From Elusimicrobia bacterium RIFCSPLOWO2_12_FULL_59_9 (GTDB lineage Bacteria > Elusimicrobiota > Elusimicrobia > O2-12-FULL-59-9), in assembly GCA_001800185.1 (NCBI GenBank), contig MGUX01000167.1:19937-56132 (forward strand): DNA of 36,196 nt, given 5' to 3'. The notes under the pieces were generated by a model. The model saw only the letters and a list, made by a program, of their open reading frames with translations, had not been told where the DNA came from and made no database searches. Made by a program: the position numbers and the translations under genes. Numbering within the stretch: position 1 is the stretch's first letter; each line of letters begins with the position of its first letter. Below are positions 7,999-16,770 of the stretch, in pieces.

Positions 7999-8385
7999 TC
8001 AGGATGCGGAAGTCTTGCGAAGCAGCGCCGCCACCCGCGCCAACACCTCTTCGGGAGAAAACGGCTTTAAAATGTAATCGTCGGCGCCCAATTTCAGGCC
8101 CTGAACGATTTCTTCCACTTGGGACCGAATCGTGATGAAAATGATGGGAATTCTCGGCTGGACCTCGCCGGAGCGTATCTTGGTACAGACCTCGTAGCCG
8201 TCCATTTTGGGCATGTTGATGTCCAAAAAAATCAGGTCCGGAGAGGTCTCTTCCAAAAGCTTCAAGCCCTCTTCCCCGTTGTCGGCCAGGACGACGCCGT
8301 AGCCTTCCGCGGCGAGAATCGTCTTGAACAGCCGCTGGTAGTCCGGCTCGTCCTCGATGACTAGAATTTTCTTCTTGGGCATCAA
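7999..8385 (-). CDS. single-domain CheY-like response regulator (REC only)
   Basis: KILVIEDEPD, LIFLDINMPKMDGYEV, DDYILKPF. The 128-aa product has no output domain. It starts 26 nt downstream of the tRNA 3' end with no intervening terminator. Confidence 0.9.
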   Translation of the reverse strand: MMPKKKILVIEDEPDYQRLFKTILAAEGYGVVLADNGEEGLKLLEETSPDLIFLDINMPKMDGYEVCTKIRSGEVQPRIPIIFITIRSQVEEIVQGLKLGADDYILKPFSPEEVLARVAALLRKTSAS

Positions 8386-8411
8386 ATCCCCGCGTTCCGG
8401 CTAAAAAGAAG

Positions 8412-8483
8412 TGCGCCCGACAGGAATCGAACCTGTACTTGCAGCTTCGGAGGCTGCCGTGATATCCTTTTCACTACGAGCGC
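8412..8483 (-). tRNA. tRNA-Arg (anticodon CCG), CCA not encoded
   Basis: Hand-folded cloverleaf. Acceptor GCGCTCG/CGGGCGC (one G-U pair), D arm GTGA-AAAGGATA-TCAC, anticodon arm GCAGC-CTCCGAA-GCTGC, 4-nt variable region, T arm ACAGG-TTCGATT-CCTGT, discriminator A. Confidence 0.9.
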
Positions 8484-8580
8484 CCCTGTCGCACCCTTGC
8501 GCTTCGCGCTCGGGCCTGAGGGTCCCTGCTCCAACGGTAAATCGCAGGGATGCTCCCCAAGGGGCTACCGCCCCTATGGC

Positions 8581-8602
8581 GGCACCGAGATATCTCGGTG
8601 CC
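8581..8602. repeat. perfect 22-bp palindrome GGCACCGAGATATCTCGGTGCC
   Basis: Read directly from the sequence. It is one of at least five consecutive GC-rich hairpins in 8484-8676. Whether it acts as a hairpin or an operator is unknown. Confidence 0.9.
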
Positions 8603-8676
8603 TGTACCCCATTATGGTCGGCGGGCCATGCCGCCGGATAGAGCCCTGCGCGGCGCTGACCAGTGGCAGCGCCCCG

Positions 8677-8769
8677 TACCACTCTACCACTTTACCACTC
8701 TACCACTTTACCACTCTACCACTTCCCCCCTGCCACTCGATCACTTTACCACTTGACCACTGACCACTT
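8677..8769 (-). repeat. tandem octamer array, 11 units of TACCACTY (minus strand RAGTGGTA)
   Basis: Six perfect alternating units TACCACTC/TACCACTT, then a C6 spacer, then five degenerate units (TGCCACTC, GATCACTT, TACCACTT, GACCACT, GACCACTT). The array lies 7 nt downstream of the alaS stop on the minus strand. Confidence 0.9.
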
Positions 8770-8775
8770 CCCCAT

Positions 8776-11493
8776 CTATCCCTCGCCTTTTTCTATGATT
8801 TCCGCTAAATAATCTAGCAAATCTTGCCAGGGGGCGCTTAGCTGGCCGCCGCCTTGGGCGAAATCGGGGCGGCCGCCGGCGCTGCCGTTGTATTTTTCAG
8901 CCAGGCGCTTGGCCAGGCCCGAGGCTTGCAGGCCGGCCAGGTCGGGGCTCAGGCCGAGAACGAAAGAAAAAGAAGGCGGCGTCAGGTTCGCCAGAAATAC
9001 GACGGATTTTTTCTCCGATTTGCGCCACCGATCGGCCACGGCGCGCAATTGGGAGGCGTCGGCGTTCTCAAATTTCCGGGACAAGAGCCGTATCCCCCCG
9101 TGAAGCTCGCGCTCTTCCCCGGCTTTTTCAGCTTCCTTTAATAGTTTTTTTCCTTGTATATTTTTTATCGCCAGACGCAGCTTTTTTTCGCGCTCTTGGT
9201 AGCCGTCCAAATCCGCCTTAAAACCGCCCTGGGCCTTGGCGCCGGCTTTCGCCTGGTCTGTTCCCGCGAATTTAAGCGCCTCCTCCGCCCCTTGCGGCGA
9301 AAGACGCCGCAGCTCCCCTATGAGCTCCTCTTCTTTGGCCTTGGCCGCCGCGACGCGCTCCCGCAAAACGCGCTCCTGCTCCTGCCGGAACTCTTCCACC
9401 TTGGCGCCCGCCACCGCCTCCACGCGCCGCACCCCGGCCGCGACGGAAGACTGGCGGGGAATTTTAAAGCCTCCGATGACGCCGGTGCGCTGCACGTGCG
9501 TCCCGCCGCAGAGCTCCAAGCTGAAGCGCTCCCGGGGATCATCCCAGCCCTTGGCGCCGATCAAGAGAAAGCGCGGACAATCCCCGTATTTTTCTCCGAC
9601 CAAAGTCACCGCGCCAAGCTCCTCTACCTCCCCCGCCGGCCTTTCCTGAGGAGACACCGGATAATCCTGGCCGATGATCTCGTTGACCATGCTCTCGATT
9701 TTTCCGATTTCCTCGGGAGTCAGGGCCTTGGGATGGGTGAAATCAAAACGCAGATGCTCCGGATCCACCAACGAACCGGCCTGGCGCACGTGCCGCCCCA
9801 AAATCCGCCTAAGGGCTTCGTTTAAAAGGTGCGTGGCGGTGTGATGATTCATCGTCGAGCGGCGCGATGTCTCGTCCACCTGGGCGCTCACCGTCTCGCC
9901 CGCCTCGATGGTTCCCTCTTCCATGACCCCCCGATGAATGAGGACGTTTTCCATCATCTGCGCGTCCCTCACGCGCATCCGCCCTCGCTCGCCGACAATG
10001 ACTCCACGATCGCCCACCTGTCCGCCGCCCTCGGGATAAAAGGGCGTGCTGTCCAGCACCACCAATGTCTCATAGCGAGGATCATCGGGCGCCTTGTGGT
10101 CCGCTATTCCCAAAACCTTCGCCTTCAAAGACATCGTCTCATAACATTTTTTTTTCGTTTTGAGCCCCTGCCACTTTTCAAGCCGGGCCACGGCCGAAGC
10201 CGCCACGGCCGTCACTCCCGAGCCCTTCCAGCCGGCGCGCGCCAATTCCTGGGCGTCTTTCTGCGCCTTTTGAAAACCGGCCTCGTCGATGGAGCGCCCC
10301 GCGGCCGCGGCGATCTCCCGGGTCAGCTCCAACGGAAATCCATAGGACTCATAGAGCCGGAAGGCGACTTCGCCTGGAAGATGCTTGGGATATTTTTCAA
10401 AAAGCTCCTTGAGCACCGCCTCGCCCGTCTCCAAAGTATTTAAGAAACCTTTTTCTTCCATTTCCGCGGCGATTTCCACCTGGGAGCGCGCCGCCTTGAT
10501 CTCGGGATACGCCCCCTCGAAAATCTCCGCCACCGGGGCCACCAATTGGCGCAAAAAGGCCTCGCGCTTTCCCAAAAGCCGGCCGTAGCGCACCGCCCTG
10601 CGAATGAGCCGCCGCAGGATGTAGCCTCGCCCTTCGTTGGAGGGCACCAAACCCTCCGACAGCAGCATGACGGCCGAGCGCATATGGTCGCCGATGATGC
10701 GAAAGGCCTCCTTTTCCTTTGGGGTTTTGCCCGTGAGCTCGGCAATTTTTTCCGTCAGCGGAGCGAAGAAGCTGGTCTCAAACGGGCTCGTCTTGTTTTC
10801 TAAAACCATCGCCAGCCGCTCAAGCCCCATGCCGGTGTCTATGTTTTTTCTTGGAAGGGGCGCCAAGCTCCCGTCCTCTTGGCGGTCAAACTGAGTAAAC
10901 ACCAGATTCCACAGCTCCATGTAGCGGTCGCAGTCGCAGCCGGGGGCGCACTCCGCCCGTCCGCAGCCGGAGCCGGGTCCCGAATCGAAATAAATCTCGG
11001 AGCATGGCCCGCACGGCCCCGTGGGGCCCATCGTCCAGAAATTGGACTCCTCGCCCAGGCGCGTGATGCGCGCTTTAAGTCCAGCCCCGGACAAGACCTT
11101 TTCCCAGATGCCGAAGGCCTCGTCGTCTTCCTTATATATGGTGACGTGGAGCCTGCGCGCGTCCAGGCCCGCTTCCACGGTCAGGAACTCCCACGCCATG
11201 CGGACCGCGTCCTCCTTGAAATAGTCGCCGAAGGAGAAATTGCCGAGCATCTCGAAGAAAGTCAGGTGGCGGCGCGTAAACCCCACGCGGTCAATGTCGG
11301 TGGTGCGCAGGCACTTCTGGCAGCTCGCGGCCCTGGAGACTCCCTTTTTGAGACCCAAGAAATAGGGCTTAAACGGCACCATGCCGGCCGAGGTGAAAAG
11401 CAAGCTCGCGTCTCCCTGCGGAACGAGGGAAATCGGGGGAAAGATTTGGTGGGCGTTTTTCTTGAAATAATTCAGGAATTGTTTGCGCATCAT
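8776..11493 (-). CDS. alaS: alanine--tRNA ligase
   Basis: 905 aa. Class II catalytic core (FTSAGMVPFKPYF, RHLTFFEMLGNFSFGDYFK), editing-domain HTATHLL...CGGTHV motifs and a C-terminal DHHA1-like GGRPDFAQGGG. Confidence 0.97.
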   Translation of the reverse strand: MMRKQFLNYFKKNAHQIFPPISLVPQGDASLLFTSAGMVPFKPYFLGLKKGVSRAASCQKCLRTTDIDRVGFTRRHLTFFEMLGNFSFGDYFKEDAVRMAWEFLTVEAGLDARRLHVTIYKEDDEAFGIWEKVLSGAGLKARITRLGEESNFWTMGPTGPCGPCSEIYFDSGPGSGCGRAECAPGCDCDRYMELWNLVFTQFDRQEDGSLAPLPRKNIDTGMGLERLAMVLENKTSPFETSFFAPLTEKIAELTGKTPKEKEAFRIIGDHMRSAVMLLSEGLVPSNEGRGYILRRLIRRAVRYGRLLGKREAFLRQLVAPVAEIFEGAYPEIKAARSQVEIAAEMEEKGFLNTLETGEAVLKELFEKYPKHLPGEVAFRLYESYGFPLELTREIAAAAGRSIDEAGFQKAQKDAQELARAGWKGSGVTAVAASAVARLEKWQGLKTKKKCYETMSLKAKVLGIADHKAPDDPRYETLVVLDSTPFYPEGGGQVGDRGVIVGERGRMRVRDAQMMENVLIHRGVMEEGTIEAGETVSAQVDETSRRSTMNHHTATHLLNEALRRILGRHVRQAGSLVDPEHLRFDFTHPKALTPEEIGKIESMVNEIIGQDYPVSPQERPAGEVEELGAVTLVGEKYGDCPRFLLIGAKGWDDPRERFSLELCGGTHVQRTGVIGGFKIPRQSSVAAGVRRVEAVAGAKVEEFRQEQERVLRERVAAAKAKEEELIGELRRLSPQGAEEALKFAGTDQAKAGAKAQGGFKADLDGYQEREKKLRLAIKNIQGKKLLKEAEKAGEERELHGGIRLLSRKFENADASQLRAVADRWRKSEKKSVVFLANLTPPSFSFVLGLSPDLAGLQASGLAKRLAEKYNGSAGGRPDFAQGGGQLSAPWQDLLDYLAEIIEKGEG

Positions 11494-11612
11494 TTTGCCT
11501 TGGTTTTAATTCCACCATTATAGCAAAAGCCCCTCTTTGGAGATTCCGCCTTCGCCCCGGCCGCGCTTTCTGGCGGGGCGTCTGGAAAATTCACTATACT
11601 ACGGTCAAATCC

Positions 11613-12305
11613 ATGGAAAGCAAAATCCTGATCATCGATGACGACCCGAAGATTCTAAAGATCATCCGGAGATTTCTGGCAAGCAACGCCTTCGAGGTCC
11701 TTGTGGCCGACAACGGCTCCGACGGCCTTGCTTTGGCCCGCGAGGCGCTGCCTGACCTCATTTTAGTGGATGCCGATATGCCGGACTTGGACGGCCATGC
11801 CGTGTGCCGGATACTCAAGAAGGAAGCTCTCAGCCGCCGGATTCCCGTCATCATCATGTCCGGCTCCAAGATTTCAGACAAGGACGTCCTCGCGGGCTTT
11901 GAGGGCGGCGCGGACGACTATATCATGAAACCGTTTTTCCCTCCGATCCTCCTGGCCCGAATCCGGGCCGTCTTGAAGCGCTACGCCGCATCCCCCCAAC
12001 GGGAGAGCGCATTCAAAAAGTCCGGCATCGAACTGAACCCGGCCGAGCGAACGGCGCGGGTGGACGGAAAATCAATCTCCCTGACGCGCAAGGAATTTGA
12101 TCTTCTGGCCAACTTGATCGACCAGAGCGGGCGCGTGCTCAGCATCCCCTATCTTTTGGAAACCGTCTGGGGTTACGATCCGGCCGATTATAATGACCCC
12201 GGCACGGTCGAGGTTCACATCTTCCACCTGCGCAAGAAATTGGGCCCGAAGGCCGGCAAGCGCATCGTCAACGTTCTCGGACACGGCTACAAGTTCAAAG
12301 AATAG
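11613..12305 (+). CDS. OmpR/PhoB-family response regulator
   Basis: ILIIDDDP, LILVDADMPDLDG, DDYIMKPF. DNA-binding part has LTRKEFDLLANL...VEVHIFHLRKKL...LGHGYKF. Confidence 0.9.
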   Translation: MESKILIIDDDPKILKIIRRFLASNAFEVLVADNGSDGLALAREALPDLILVDADMPDLDGHAVCRILKKEALSRRIPVIIMSGSKISDKDVLAGFEGGADDYIMKPFFPPILLARIRAVLKRYAASPQRESAFKKSGIELNPAERTARVDGKSISLTRKEFDLLANLIDQSGRVLSIPYLLETVWGYDPADYNDPGTVEVHIFHLRKKLGPKAGKRIVNVLGHGYKFKE

Positions 12306-12449
12306 ATCCATCCCCGCTAGTCCTCTAGACTTAAGCAAGACTTAAACACACCTTGAACCGGCATAGAGCCCGGCCCGCTACCCTATCAATATGAAAAGCG
12401 TACGGCAGGAAAACGACGCAACGGGAAAACAGGTCGTTTGGAGAAAACA

Positions 12450-14459
12450 ATGGAACAATTTGCGAACGGCATCGGGGCTCTGCTAAATTCCAACCACGAG
12501 TCCGCGGACGTCGCGCCGGTCCGCCCATCGTCCGGCAAAAACATTGTCCCAAAAGTGCTGGTGGTGGATGACGAAGTGGGATTCAGGGAGCTAATGGCCT
12601 ACGAATTGGAGACCCGGGGCTACCAGGTCGTCGGCGCCGCCAACGGCGAGGAAGCGGTCCGGCTGGCTCAGGGAAAAGATATTGACGTCGTCGTTTCGGA
12701 CGTGACGATGCCCAAGCGCGGCGGCCTGGATACTTTGAAAGCTTTGAAAGACGTGGATTCTAAAATTGAAGTGATCATGATGACCGGCTACGCCACTCTC
12801 GAAAACGCCGTAGAGAGCATGAAGCGCGGCGCCTACGACTTCATTACCAAGCCCTTCAAAATCGACCATCTGACAAGATTGATCGAGCGGGCCCTGGAAA
12901 AGCGCCGCTTGAACTGCAAGGTGGATGAACTGGAGGAGATCAACCGCTTTAAATCCGAATTTTTGGCCAACATGAGCCATGAGCTGAGAACGCCCTTGAA
13001 CGCGATATTGGGCTACACCTCCCTGCAACTGGATCGCATCTACGGGGAAGTGACGCCGAAACAAGAGGAATCCTTAAAGAGGGTCGAGGCGGCAGAAAAA
13101 AACCTGCTTCAACTCATCAACAGCATCCTGGACCTCTCGAAGGTCGCGGCCGGCCGCATGCCCGTTTACCGGGAGGATTTCAGCCTAAGGGAACTGGGCC
13201 AAGAGGTGATCGGGATGATGGAGTGCCTGGCCAAAGGCAAACAGCTCCGCCTGGAGTGGAAAATGCCGGAGGATATTCGCCTTCGAAGCGACAGAACAAA
13301 GGTCAAGCAAATCCTCATCAATTTGGTGACCAACGGCATAAAATTTACCCGCTCGGGGGGCGTTTTTATCGAGGCGGAGAGCGTGGCGGAAACCTCTCAA
13401 GCGCGCATTCGGGTCCGGGACACGGGCATCGGAATTAAAGCGGAAGATATCCCTCTTTTATTCCAAGAATTCAAGCAACTGGACTCCTCGCCCACAAGGG
13501 AATACGGCGGGACCGGATTGGGCCTGGTCATCAGCCAAAAATTCGCGGAGCTTCTAGGCGGGAGCATCGGCGTGGAAAGCGCGGCGGGGGCGGGCGCCAC
13601 CTTCACCGTCAACCTGCCATGGGAGGGCCAAGGGTCCAAGGAACCGGCGGCGCCGATTTCAACCGCGCCTTCCAATGGAAAAGACGGCAAAACGCTTTTG
13701 GCCATCGATGACGATCCGGAGGTCCTGGCGCTGCTCCGGGACAGCCTGCACGGCACCGGCTACGCCTTCGCGGGAGCCCTCACGGGCGAGGAAGGCATCG
13801 CCATGGCCCGAGAAAGAAAGCCCTTCGCCATCACCCTCGACATCATGATGCCTCACCGGGACGGATGGTCCGTCCTGCAGGTCTTGAAAAATGATCCGGA
13901 CCTGCGCTCCATTCCCGTGATCATGGTCTCCATTTTAGACAACAAGAGCCTCGGGTTTGCCCTGGGCGTCAACGACTACATCGTCAAGCCTTTTGAGCGG
14001 CGCGAACTGCTGGAGAAGCTCCGGACGGCGGAACGCAGCCTCCAGTCGAGACCTCCGGCCCCCGGCCAGTTGCCCCGGACGATTTTGGTCGTGGATGACG
14101 AGGCGGCGGTCGCGGACTACATCCGCGAAACCCTGAGCGCCGAAGGCTACGCGGTCGAGGCGGCCGCCGACGGGAGGGAAGCTCTCGCCAAGCTCGCCGG
14201 CGGCAGTCCCCCGGATATCTTGTTTTTGGACCTGATGATGCCGGGCATCAACGGCTTCGACATCATCGAAGCCATCGACAAAGAACCTCGCCTGAAGAAA
14301 GTCCTGACCATCGTCTTGACCGCCAAGCACCTGACCCCGCAGGAAACGGATTATCTGCAAAAGCGGGTCGAGTTGGTCGTTCAAAAGGGCTCCAGGAATC
14401 TTCCGGAGATATTGACCGCCGTCAAGAAACGATTAAAAACGCTGGCGGAGGTCCGGTGA
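12450..14459 (+). CDS. soluble hybrid histidine kinase, REC-DHp(HisKA)-CA-REC-REC
   Basis: REC1 (VLVVDDE...VSDVTMPKRGG...DFITKPF), H-box FLANMSHELRTPLNAILGY, and CA with VRDTGIGI and GGTGLGLVIS. REC2 has LAIDDDP...LDIMMPHRDG...YIVKPF and REC3 has ILVVDDE...LDLMMPGINGF. There is no TM or periplasmic segment. Start set at ATG 12450 behind GGAG; the track start is a TTG at 12438. Confidence 0.9.
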   Translation: MEQFANGIGALLNSNHESADVAPVRPSSGKNIVPKVLVVDDEVGFRELMAYELETRGYQVVGAANGEEAVRLAQGKDIDVVVSDVTMPKRGGLDTLKALKDVDSKIEVIMMTGYATLENAVESMKRGAYDFITKPFKIDHLTRLIERALEKRRLNCKVDELEEINRFKSEFLANMSHELRTPLNAILGYTSLQLDRIYGEVTPKQEESLKRVEAAEKNLLQLINSILDLSKVAAGRMPVYREDFSLRELGQEVIGMMECLAKGKQLRLEWKMPEDIRLRSDRTKVKQILINLVTNGIKFTRSGGVFIEAESVAETSQARIRVRDTGIGIKAEDIPLLFQEFKQLDSSPTREYGGTGLGLVISQKFAELLGGSIGVESAAGAGATFTVNLPWEGQGSKEPAAPISTAPSNGKDGKTLLAIDDDPEVLALLRDSLHGTGYAFAGALTGEEGIAMARERKPFAITLDIMMPHRDGWSVLQVLKNDPDLRSIPVIMVSILDNKSLGFALGVNDYIVKPFERRELLEKLRTAERSLQSRPPAPGQLPRTILVVDDEAAVADYIRETLSAEGYAVEAAADGREALAKLAGGSPPDILFLDLMMPGINGFDIIEAIDKEPRLKKVLTIVLTAKHLTPQETDYLQKRVELVVQKGSRNLPEILTAVKKRLKTLAEVR

Positions 14460-14863
14460 ACTCTAAAATCCTCATCGCCGACGACGATTACGACAATCGC
14501 TCGATTCTCAAGGCGGCTCTGGAGGCGGCGGGCTTCCAGGTCCTTGAAGCCGCCGACGGCCAGGAAGCCGTCGATACGGCGATCCAGGAGCGGCCCCGCC
14601 TAATTTTTATGGACCTTTCCATGCCCAAGATAAGCGGCTGGGAAGCCACCCAACGCATACGGCAGATTCCCGAGATTTCCCGCACTTTTATCTTCGCCTT
14701 TACGGCGCATGCCCTGCAAGGCGATGAAATCAAAGCCAAAGCCGCCGGCTGCGATGATTATATTTCAAAGCCCTGCGTTCCCCGCGAGATCGTCCAAAAA
14801 GTTCTCAGCATCATCACAATGGGAAAGGAAACCGAGCATTATGGCCAACATCCTGGTCATTGA
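14456..14863 (+). CDS. single-domain CheY-like response regulator
   Basis: ILIADDDYDNR, LIFMDLSMPKISGWE, DDYISKP. Its GTG start overlaps the kinase stop (GTGA). Confidence 0.88.
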   Translation: MNSKILIADDDYDNRSILKAALEAAGFQVLEAADGQEAVDTAIQERPRLIFMDLSMPKISGWEATQRIRQIPEISRTFIFAFTAHALQGDEIKAKAAGCDDYISKPCVPREIVQKVLSIITMGKETEHYGQHPGH

Positions 14864-15218
14864 CGACGACACGTCCAACCGCGACATCCTCAGGGCCCGG
14901 CTTGAGCGGGCCGGCCACCGGGTGGCGGAGGCCGGCAACGGCGAGGAGGGAATAGAAATAGCCCGGAATCTATCCCCGGACCTCATCATCTTGGACGTCA
15001 TGATGCCCAAGTTGGACGGGTGGCAGGCCTGCCGGCGCCTGAAGTCCGACTCCAAGACCAAGACCATTCCGGTGGTGCTTTTGACGGCCCGGAGCCAGCA
15101 TATTGAGGAGCTCAGAGGCTGGGAATCCGGAGCGGACGAGTACATGACGAAGCCTTGCGATCACCGGCGCCTGATGGACCTCGTCGCCCGGTTCGTGGAC
15201 AAGAGCTCCGCGCCATAG
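14841..15218 (+). CDS. single-domain CheY-like response regulator
   Basis: Internal ATG of the 14709 ORF gives MANILVIDDDTSNR..., LIILDVMMPKLDGWQ, DEYMTKP. It overlaps the preceding REC gene by 23 nt. Confidence 0.88.
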   Translation: MANILVIDDDTSNRDILRARLERAGHRVAEAGNGEEGIEIARNLSPDLIILDVMMPKLDGWQACRRLKSDSKTKTIPVVLLTARSQHIEELRGWESGADEYMTKPCDHRRLMDLVARFVDKSSAP

Positions 15219-15221
15219 AAT

Positions 15222-16742
15222 ATGCCCTCCGAAACGAACGCCGCCGGTTTATCTTCCTTCAAAATCGCCCCCGAGCTCTTGAAGCTCATCCCGTTTGAGA
15301 CCATGCGGCGGCATTGCCTGGCGCCCGTTGACCTCAACAACGGCAAGCTCCGGCTGGCCATGGTGAGACCCAAGGACCTTACGGCCATGGATGACATCCG
15401 AATATTGACCGGCCATGAGCTGGAGATTTTCCCGATATCCGCGGCGGAACTGAACGAAATCCTGCGGCAGAATTTTATGGATTTAGCGGAGCATCCCGTT
15501 TACGCTGCTCTGAAGTTGGAATCCGCCGCGCCCGCCGCCGCGGGTTCCCCGTATCCTTCCGACCCCAATGCCGTCCAGTCGGTGGAAAGGCTTTTTAAGC
15601 TTGCCGTCGAGATGCGCGCCAGCGACATCCACCTGGAGCCTCAAAGGCAGGGCTTCTACGCCAGGTTTCGCGTCGACGGGGTATTGCAGACCATCCATGG
15701 GTTTCCCAAGTCCTCCCAGGCCGCCATGACCTCTCGAATCAAGGTCATGGCCAATATGGACATCTCTGAAAAACGGCTGCCTCAAGACGGCCAGGCGAGC
15801 CTCCGGCACGGGAACAAGAATATTGACCTAAGAATTTCCACCTTGCCGGGCAAATACGGGGAAAAGTTGGTGATCCGGATTCTCGATAAATCCGATTTGG
15901 CCTTGGGGCTGGAACGCCTGGGTTTTGAGCCCGGCGCGCAGAGCGTCTTTGAATCTTTAATAGAGCGATCCTATGGAATTATATTGGTCACGGGCCCGAC
16001 AGGCAGCGGAAAAACCACCACCCTTTACGCGGTCTTGAATCGTCTCAAGTCGCCCCTCAAAAACGTCATCACTTTGGAGGACCCCATCGAATACGAGCTC
16101 CTGGCGGGCAACTCCAACGAGATGGGAATCACCCAGGTTCAAGTGCAGCCTAAAATAGGCCTGACCTTCGCCGCGGGCCTGCGCTCCGCCTTGCGGCAGG
16201 ACCCGGACGTGATTATGGTCGGCGAAATTCGCGACAAGGAAACTGCGGAAACGGCGATGAAGGCCGCCATGACGGGGCACCTGGTGATGTCCACTCTGCA
16301 TACCAACGATGCTCCCAGCGCCCTCGGCAGGCTGATGGATATGGGGATAGAGCCGTACTTGATGGCCTCCACCATCATCGGGGTATTGGCCCAGCGTCTG
16401 GTGCGGCTATTGTGTCCCCGCTGCAAAGAGCAATACCGCCCCCCCGTCCGGGCCTTGAAAAATCTCTTCCCGAACCGGGAAGATGTCTCCAAGGCGATTT
16501 TCTACAGGCCCATTGGATGCGAGCATTGCCAAAAAACCGGCTACCGCGGCCGGCAAGGAATTTTTGAGCTGCTGACCATGACCGAGGAGCTCAAACAAAA
16601 AACCCACTGCGGAGAGCACCTGGAGAGCCTGCGCAAGCTTGTCCAATCTCAGGGGCTGAAGTCCCTGCGGGAAAGCGGGATGGAACTGGTGTTCCAAGGC
16701 TTGACCACCGTGGAGGAAATATCCAGGGTAACCGTGGAATAG
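15222..16742 (+). CDS. GspE/PilB-family secretion/pilus-type hexameric ATPase (orphan)
   Basis: N-terminal T2SSE_N-like domain (LIPFETMRRHCLAPVDLNNGKLRLAMVRP), Walker A GPTGSGKTTT and Asp box ITLEDPIEYEL. Walker B DPDVIMVGEIRD, His box GHLVMSTLHTNDA and the tetracysteine CPRC...CEHC are also present. No pilin, platform (GspF/PilC) or secretin gene lies in the window. Confidence 0.92.
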   Translation: MPSETNAAGLSSFKIAPELLKLIPFETMRRHCLAPVDLNNGKLRLAMVRPKDLTAMDDIRILTGHELEIFPISAAELNEILRQNFMDLAEHPVYAALKLESAAPAAAGSPYPSDPNAVQSVERLFKLAVEMRASDIHLEPQRQGFYARFRVDGVLQTIHGFPKSSQAAMTSRIKVMANMDISEKRLPQDGQASLRHGNKNIDLRISTLPGKYGEKLVIRILDKSDLALGLERLGFEPGAQSVFESLIERSYGIILVTGPTGSGKTTTLYAVLNRLKSPLKNVITLEDPIEYELLAGNSNEMGITQVQVQPKIGLTFAAGLRSALRQDPDVIMVGEIRDKETAETAMKAAMTGHLVMSTLHTNDAPSALGRLMDMGIEPYLMASTIIGVLAQRLVRLLCPRCKEQYRPPVRALKNLFPNREDVSKAIFYRPIGCEHCQKTGYRGRQGIFELLTMTEELKQKTHCGEHLESLRKLVQSQGLKSLRESGMELVFQGLTTVEEISRVTVE

Positions 16743-16770
16743 CTTGACGGCACCGGCAGGAGATAATAAT

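Noticed and set aside
8497-8763. ORFs 8497-8763 and 8550-8756, which encode TTLPLYH-type peptide repeats.
   Set aside because: The peptide repeat is a by-product of the 8-nt DNA period read in two frames. The upstream ORF parts run through GC hairpins, next to the tRNA gene and on the opposite strand. There is no start context.
8677-8769. Octamer array as a CRISPR array or as TRAP/HutP-type binding sites.
   Set aside because: The units are contiguous 8-mers without spacers, so this is not CRISPR. TRAP needs (G/U)AG triplets spaced 2-3 nt apart and HutP needs UAG with 4-nt spacers. Here the spacing is 5 nt (8-nt period), so neither known model fits, despite the suggestive count of 11.
12306-12449. 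Intergenic region before the hybrid kinase, examined for a riboswitch or promoter (TTGAAC ... TATCAAT, GACTTAA direct repeat).
   Set aside because: The spacing between the -35-like and -10-like hexamers is about 25 nt. No convincing structure or motif is present.
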